Source: an uncultured Ignavibacteria bacterium (GTDB lineage Bacteria > Bacteroidota > Ignavibacteria > Kapaibacteriales > UBA2268). From it: a stretch of DNA of 64,000 nt. A model generated the notes under the pieces. It ran no database searches and was not told the origin of the DNA. It saw only the letters and a list, made by a program, of their open reading frames with translations. Below are positions 59,763 through 64,000 of the stretch, in pieces. The position numbers and the translations under genes were made by a program. The DNA is taken from positions 74,023 to 138,022 of the forward strand of contig CAKZLY010000030.1 of the NCBI GenBank assembly GCA_937127445.1, written 5' to 3'. Every line of letters starts with the position of its first letter. Position 1 is the first letter of the stretch.

Positions 59763-61661
59763 ATGAGAAAATGGCGCGTCGAGGACTCAGCTGAGCTCTA
59801 TAACATCAACGGCTGGGGTATTGATTATTTTTCGATTAACGACAAGGGGCATGTAGTGGTCCGCCCAAAGAAAAACGGTGCCGAAATAGATTTGAAAGAA
59901 TTAATTGATGAACTGCAATTGCGAGATGTTTCGACGCCGGTATTATTGCGATTTCCAGATATTCTGGATAATCGCATCGAGACAATTGCAAATTGTTTCA
60001 AGTTGGCAACCGAAGAATATCAATTTAAAGGGAATTCGTTTATAATTTATCCGATAAAAGTCAATCAGATGAGACCGGTTGTCGAAGAAATTGTGTCTTA
60101 TGGAAAAAAATTCAATATTGGATTGGAAGCTGGTTCGAAACCTGAGTTGCACGCCGTTTTAGCGATAAATACCGAAGATGATGACTCGTTAATAATATGT
60201 AATGGATACAAAGACGAAGATTTTATAGAGCTTGCTTTGCTTGCACAAAAAATGGGCAAAAAAGTTTATATAGTAGTTGAGAAATTGAATGAATTGCGAC
60301 TGATCATTAATATATCAAAACGATTAAAGATAAAGCCAAATATAGGGATAAGAATAAAACTATCAAGTAGTGGTAGTGGTAAATGGGAAGATTCAGGTGG
60401 GGACCGCAGCAAGTTTGGACTAACTTCATCTGAGTTGCTTGAAGCGATTGAACTTTTGGAAAAACATAAGCTGAAAGATCAAGTAAAGCTCATACATTTT
60501 CATTTAGGCAGCCAAATAACAAAAATTCGCAAGATTAAAACGGCCCTAAAAGAAGCAGCACAATTTTACGTTGAAATGTTGAAATTAGGTTGTTCGGTTG
60601 AATTTGTTGATATTGGTGGTGGGCTTGGTGTAGATTATGACGGGACACGCTCTTCAACTTCTGGTTCGTCGGTTAATTATACCATACAGGAATATGTAAA
60701 TGATGCTGTCTCTACTTTGGTTGATGTATGCGAAAAGAATGAGCTATCGCACCCAAATATAATAATTGAATCAGGGCGTTCACTGACGGCACACCATTCT
60801 ATACTTGTTTTCGATGTTCTTGAAAGTACGTCTATGCCAACCTGGGATCCTGAAACAATGGAAGTATCTGAGGATGACCACGAATTAGTGCAAGAGCTTC
60901 ATAATATTTACGAGAACATAAATCAGGCAAAGATGCTCGAAGGATGGCACGATGCGCAGCAAATTCGTGAAGAATCACTTGATTTATTCAGTTTAGGGTT
61001 GCTTGATTTACGCACGCGAGCCTTAATTGAGCGTCTGTTCTGGTCGATTGCAAAAGAATGCCACAGGATTAGTACTGAAATCAAGCATCCACCTGAGGAA
61101 ATACGAATGCTTGCAAAGATGCTTGCAGATAAATACTTCTGTAATTTTTCATTATTTCAGTCTTTGCCAGATTCCTGGGCAATTGATCAAGTGTTCCCGA
61201 TTATGCCAATCCATAGACTTGGTGAGAAACCTGATAGAATTGCAACACTTCAAGATATTACTTGCGATTCAGATGGGAAAATTGACAGGTTTATCTCTAC
61301 GACCAACTATTCATACTACATGCATTTACACGATTTTAATCCAAATGAACCTTACTACATTGGTGTTTTTCTTGTTGGAGCATATCAAGAAATATTGGGT
61401 GATTTGCATAATTTGTTTGGTGATACAAATGCAGTGCATATTATACTTGACGATGATGGCTATCAAATCAAGCAAGTAATTGACGGTGAAACAGTTGCAG
61501 AAGTGCTTGACTACGTTGGCTACAATGCTAAAAAGTTAGTTCGCACAGTTGAAACATGGGTAACAGGGGCAGTGAAATCGGGTAAAATCACAACTGAAGA
61601 AGGCAAAGAGTTCCTTTCGAACTATCGTTCGGGATTATATGGGTATACATATTTAGAATAA
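59763..61661 (+). CDS. speA: Biosynthetic arginine decarboxylase
   Basis: YPIKVNQ, GLEAGSKPEL, CNGYKD, KFGL, HFHLGSQ, DIGGGLGVDYDG, ESGR, TCDSDG, GAYQEILG. Confidence 0.97.
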   Translation: MRKWRVEDSAELYNINGWGIDYFSINDKGHVVVRPKKNGAEIDLKELIDELQLRDVSTPVLLRFPDILDNRIETIANCFKLATEEYQFKGNSFIIYPIKVNQMRPVVEEIVSYGKKFNIGLEAGSKPELHAVLAINTEDDDSLIICNGYKDEDFIELALLAQKMGKKVYIVVEKLNELRLIINISKRLKIKPNIGIRIKLSSSGSGKWEDSGGDRSKFGLTSSELLEAIELLEKHKLKDQVKLIHFHLGSQITKIRKIKTALKEAAQFYVEMLKLGCSVEFVDIGGGLGVDYDGTRSSTSGSSVNYTIQEYVNDAVSTLVDVCEKNELSHPNIIIESGRSLTAHHSILVFDVLESTSMPTWDPETMEVSEDDHELVQELHNIYENINQAKMLEGWHDAQQIREESLDLFSLGLLDLRTRALIERLFWSIAKECHRISTEIKHPPEEIRMLAKMLADKYFCNFSLFQSLPDSWAIDQVFPIMPIHRLGEKPDRIATLQDITCDSDGKIDRFISTTNYSYYMHLHDFNPNEPYYIGVFLVGAYQEILGDLHNLFGDTNAVHIILDDDGYQIKQVIDGETVAEVLDYVGYNAKKLVRTVETWVTGAVKSGKITTEEGKEFLSNYRSGLYGYTYLE

Positions 61662-61731
61662 TAAGGTTGCAATAAGTATTACTATTGAAACAATATAATT
61701 GAGCAAAGCGAAAGCAATAGATTTGCAGGTG

Positions 61732-61763
61732 TTTGTTTTGAGAATAATTTTTTCGTAATTTTG
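61732..61763 (+). promoter_or_regulatory. Bacteroidota-type promoter (TTTG-N20-TAATTTTG) for tRNA-Arg
   Basis: TTTG at 61732 and TAATTTTG at 61756-61763, 11 nt before the tRNA. Confidence 0.6.
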
Positions 61764-61774
61764 GGTTTAGGTTT

Positions 61775-61848
61775 GGTCCCGTAGCTCAGCAGGATAGAGC
61801 ACAAGTTTCCTAAACTTGGTGTCGCTGGTTCGAATCCAGCCGGGATCG
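61775..61848 (+). tRNA. tRNA-Arg (CCT)
   Basis: GGTCCCG...CAAGT-TTCCTAA-ACTTG...GCTGG-TTCGAAT-CCAGC-CGGGATC-G. Confidence 0.95.
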
Positions 61849-61849
61849 C

Positions 61850-62587
61850 TCAGATTAATTCTTCGATAATTTTTGGTATTTCATTCCACGAATAAACAAC
61901 TGCATCGGCAAGTGTTGGATTAGCGCTTTCGTTTGCATAGTAGCCTGTTTTATCGCCCGAAAAACGTATAGCACGCATACCGAGCTGCTTCGCACCAATA
62001 ATATCAGTTGCTTCAATATCTCCAATGTGCAAAGCTTCGGAAGAGTTGGAACCAAGTTCGACAAGCACTTTTTGATAAGCTTCGGGGTGTGGTTTCGAGA
62101 ATCCTGTTTCGTCGCTAAAGCTGAAACTATCAAAGAAATGAAGAATATTATTTTGTTCGAGCAATTTGCGAAGAACTTTGCCGGGGCTAAATCCAGTATC
62201 AGAGATTATTCCAAGTTTGTATTTGCTGGCAAGTATTGGCAAAATATCCATAACACCATCGATTAGTTTCGGCGGGTGAATAAGTACCGAATTTGCAAAA
62301 TATTCAGCTATTCTCTCTATTGCTTGTGGGTTAGTTGGTAATTCTAAATATTTCCAGAAAAAAGCAACGCTATCCTGGACAGAAGGTGTTCGCATTTCTT
62401 GACGCCAGATTTTATTAAAATATTCCCACGAAGCTCTGAGGGCTTTATCAAATTCTTCGGGAGAAAAATTGCGACCGTAGTTATTTATTTCATTCAGCAG
62501 AGTTTTTTGACGCAGAGCGTTTCTTTCGTTGCCACCAGACGAATCAAACAAAGTATTCCAAAAATCAATTGTGATAACTTTAATCAT
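61850..62587 (-). CDS. HAD-superfamily hydrolase (IA)
   Basis: DFWNTL, ISDT, KPHP, HIGD...DIIGA; ATGA overlap with the accA stop. Confidence 0.9.
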   Translation of the reverse strand: MIKVITIDFWNTLFDSSGGNERNALRQKTLLNEINNYGRNFSPEEFDKALRASWEYFNKIWRQEMRTPSVQDSVAFFWKYLELPTNPQAIERIAEYFANSVLIHPPKLIDGVMDILPILASKYKLGIISDTGFSPGKVLRKLLEQNNILHFFDSFSFSDETGFSKPHPEAYQKVLVELGSNSSEALHIGDIEATDIIGAKQLGMRAIRFSGDKTGYYANESANPTLADAVVYSWNEIPKIIEELI

Positions 62588-63534
62588 TCGCGCCAAACTC
62601 CTTTCGCGTAGTATTTCTCACGTCTTTTTTTGAGAAGTCTTTCAATTTTTTCACGACGAATATCTTTTAATTCAGCAATAAGTTTTTTCTTAAGAATTTC
62701 GAACATCATTTTATTGTTTCGGTGGGCGCCACCAATTGGTTCTGGGACAATATCGTCAATTAAAGACAGGTCAAGAAGGTCTCGTGCAATGGGTTTCATT
62801 GCTTCAGCGGCTTGTTCTTTAAAATCGAGACTACCCCATAAAGTTTCGGCTGCTTTTTCAGGAGAAACAATTGAAAACCAAGAGTTTTCGAGCATTAGCA
62901 ACCTATCAGCAATAGCTAAGGACAAAGCTGCAATAGAAGCCCCCTCCCCTATCACAACACTTAATGTTGGAGTTCGAAGAGCAGTCATTTCAGCGAGTTG
63001 GTTTGAGATAGCATTAGCGAGTCCTGGGCTTTCGATCTCTGGATAGGGAACGTTATACGGGGCATCAACAAGAGTAATCACGGGTTTAGCAAGTCTTTCG
63101 GCAATTTTAATCAGTCGTGTTGCTTTTCTAAATCCTTCAGCTGATGGGATAGGAGCAGGTTTGTATAAGTTAGTTTTTTTGTCTTTTGTTTTTCTATTGC
63201 CGAGCACAACGACGGGTATTCCTCCAATTTTCGCGATACCGCCAATAATCGAAGTATCGTCCCCAGCCACTCTATCGCCAGATAATTCAATAAAATCAGT
63301 GAAAATATTCTTAATATAATCAACTGAGTTGGGACGCAAAGGGTGTCGAGCAATTTGTATACGTTGCCAGCGAGTAAGATTGGAGTAAATTTCCTTGCGT
63401 AGATTATCGGTTCGACGTTCAAGTTCGGCAATTTCTTTGCTCAAATCGATTGCCTTACCGAGTTCACGCATTTCTGCGATTTTTTCTTCAAGTTGCACTA
63501 TCGGCTGTTCGAAATCAAGGATTGGCTTTGTCAC
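62584..63534 (-). CDS. accA: Acetyl-CoA carboxylase carboxyltransferase alpha subunit homologue with degenerate catalytic motifs
   Basis: LDFEQPI, LTRWQRIQIARHPLRP, FIELSGDR, EGFRKA, VVIGEG, IVPEPIGGAH are retained; other signatures are altered (see findings). Confidence 0.85.
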   Translation of the reverse strand: MTKPILDFEQPIVQLEEKIAEMRELGKAIDLSKEIAELERRTDNLRKEIYSNLTRWQRIQIARHPLRPNSVDYIKNIFTDFIELSGDRVAGDDTSIIGGIAKIGGIPVVVLGNRKTKDKKTNLYKPAPIPSAEGFRKATRLIKIAERLAKPVITLVDAPYNVPYPEIESPGLANAISNQLAEMTALRTPTLSVVIGEGASIAALSLAIADRLLMLENSWFSIVSPEKAAETLWGSLDFKEQAAEAMKPIARDLLDLSLIDDIVPEPIGGAHRNNKMMFEILKKKLIAELKDIRREKIERLLKKRREKYYAKGVWRE

Positions 63535-64000
63535 TTGTTTTTCCCAAATAAATATTTGATAAAAATATCAAAATCCATTGATAATGTGTAATGACGTAAA
63601 TAATATTCGTTAAGTTTTTTTATTGCCTCAACTGATAAATTTTGAGTTTGTTCGCTAGCATTTGGTCCGATAATTCCAATTTTACCAATTGCAGGAGTAA
63701 AATCATCTGAAATTTTATGCAAACCGATAAATGAGATCTCACCTTTAAACACTCGAATTAGCATTTTCAAAAAGCGAGATGGCTCTTTTCTGAACGCTAA
63801 GATAAACGGCACCCCAAAAGACAAGAGGAAAAGAGAAATCGCAAGGTCTTCAATTCGTTTGAGAGTTTTGTTGCGAAAACGAGATAAGTTGTATGTTGGG
63901 ACGGTTGGTTCGATGTCGGCGATATCCTGAATAACAGATGCAGCAAGTAATTCATCGAACTCTTTAACCTGGTGAAAACGCACATTTTGAGAAGAGAATT
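63531..64000 (-). CDS. Partial CDS: C-terminal bacterial sugar-transferase-like domain (probably a glycosyltransferase fusion)
   Basis: KRIEDL, VFKGEISFIG, YYLRHYTLSMDFDI; frame is open to the window end. Confidence 0.7.
   Translation of the reverse strand, partial: FSSQNVRFHQVKEFDELLAASVIQDIADIEPTVPTYNLSRFRNKTLKRIEDLAISLFLLSFGVPFILAFRKEPSRFLKMLIRVFKGEISFIGLHKISDDFTPAIGKIGIIGPNASEQTQNLSVEAIKKLNEYYLRHYTLSMDFDIFIKYLFGKNK

Noticed and set aside
24385..61848. Shared 17-mer in three tRNAs as possible att sites of an integrated element
   Set aside because: All copies are within complete tRNA T-arms, no integrase is present, and the intervening genes are housekeeping.

Overview
AT-rich, gene-dense bacterial chromosomal window. 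Most genes are core housekeeping genes, probably from an FCB-group organism (Ignavibacteria/'Ca. Kapabacteria'-like). That placement is an inference from a T9SS-sorted protein, a TonB receptor with a DUF4249 partner, a Bacteroidota-type SpeA, TAnnTTTG promoter elements, and clear Shine-Dalgarno sites. Recognisable genes: ispE, glgA, an aromatic amino acid decarboxylase, icd, a GH57 branching enzyme, mazG, purD, a PgpH-like HD phosphodiesterase, nfuA-like, mce, uvrB-uvrA, a long minus-strand run (addB-like, thiN, yceD, rpmF, plsX, fabH, fabD, fabG, acpP, fabF, rnc, gcvPB), speA, accA, and three tRNAs (Pro-CGG, Val-GAC, Arg-CCT). I saw no CRISPR array, prophage, integrase or transposase. The most unusual items are: (1) a 1541-aa protein joining an acyl-CoA-ligase adenylation domain, a degenerate protein-kinase-like domain and a GNAT acyltransferase; (2) a full-length AccA with its signature catalytic motifs eroded; (3) a three-gene secreted/lipoprotein cluster with an FN3+HmuY-like protein and two diverged paralogues; (4) a secreted PTP-fold protein lacking the catalytic Arg; (5) a membrane GAF-GAF-degenerate GGDEF protein; (6) two small genes missed by the ORF track; (7) a recurring ECF-like promoter motif. 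All calls come from reading motifs by eye; no database search was run.
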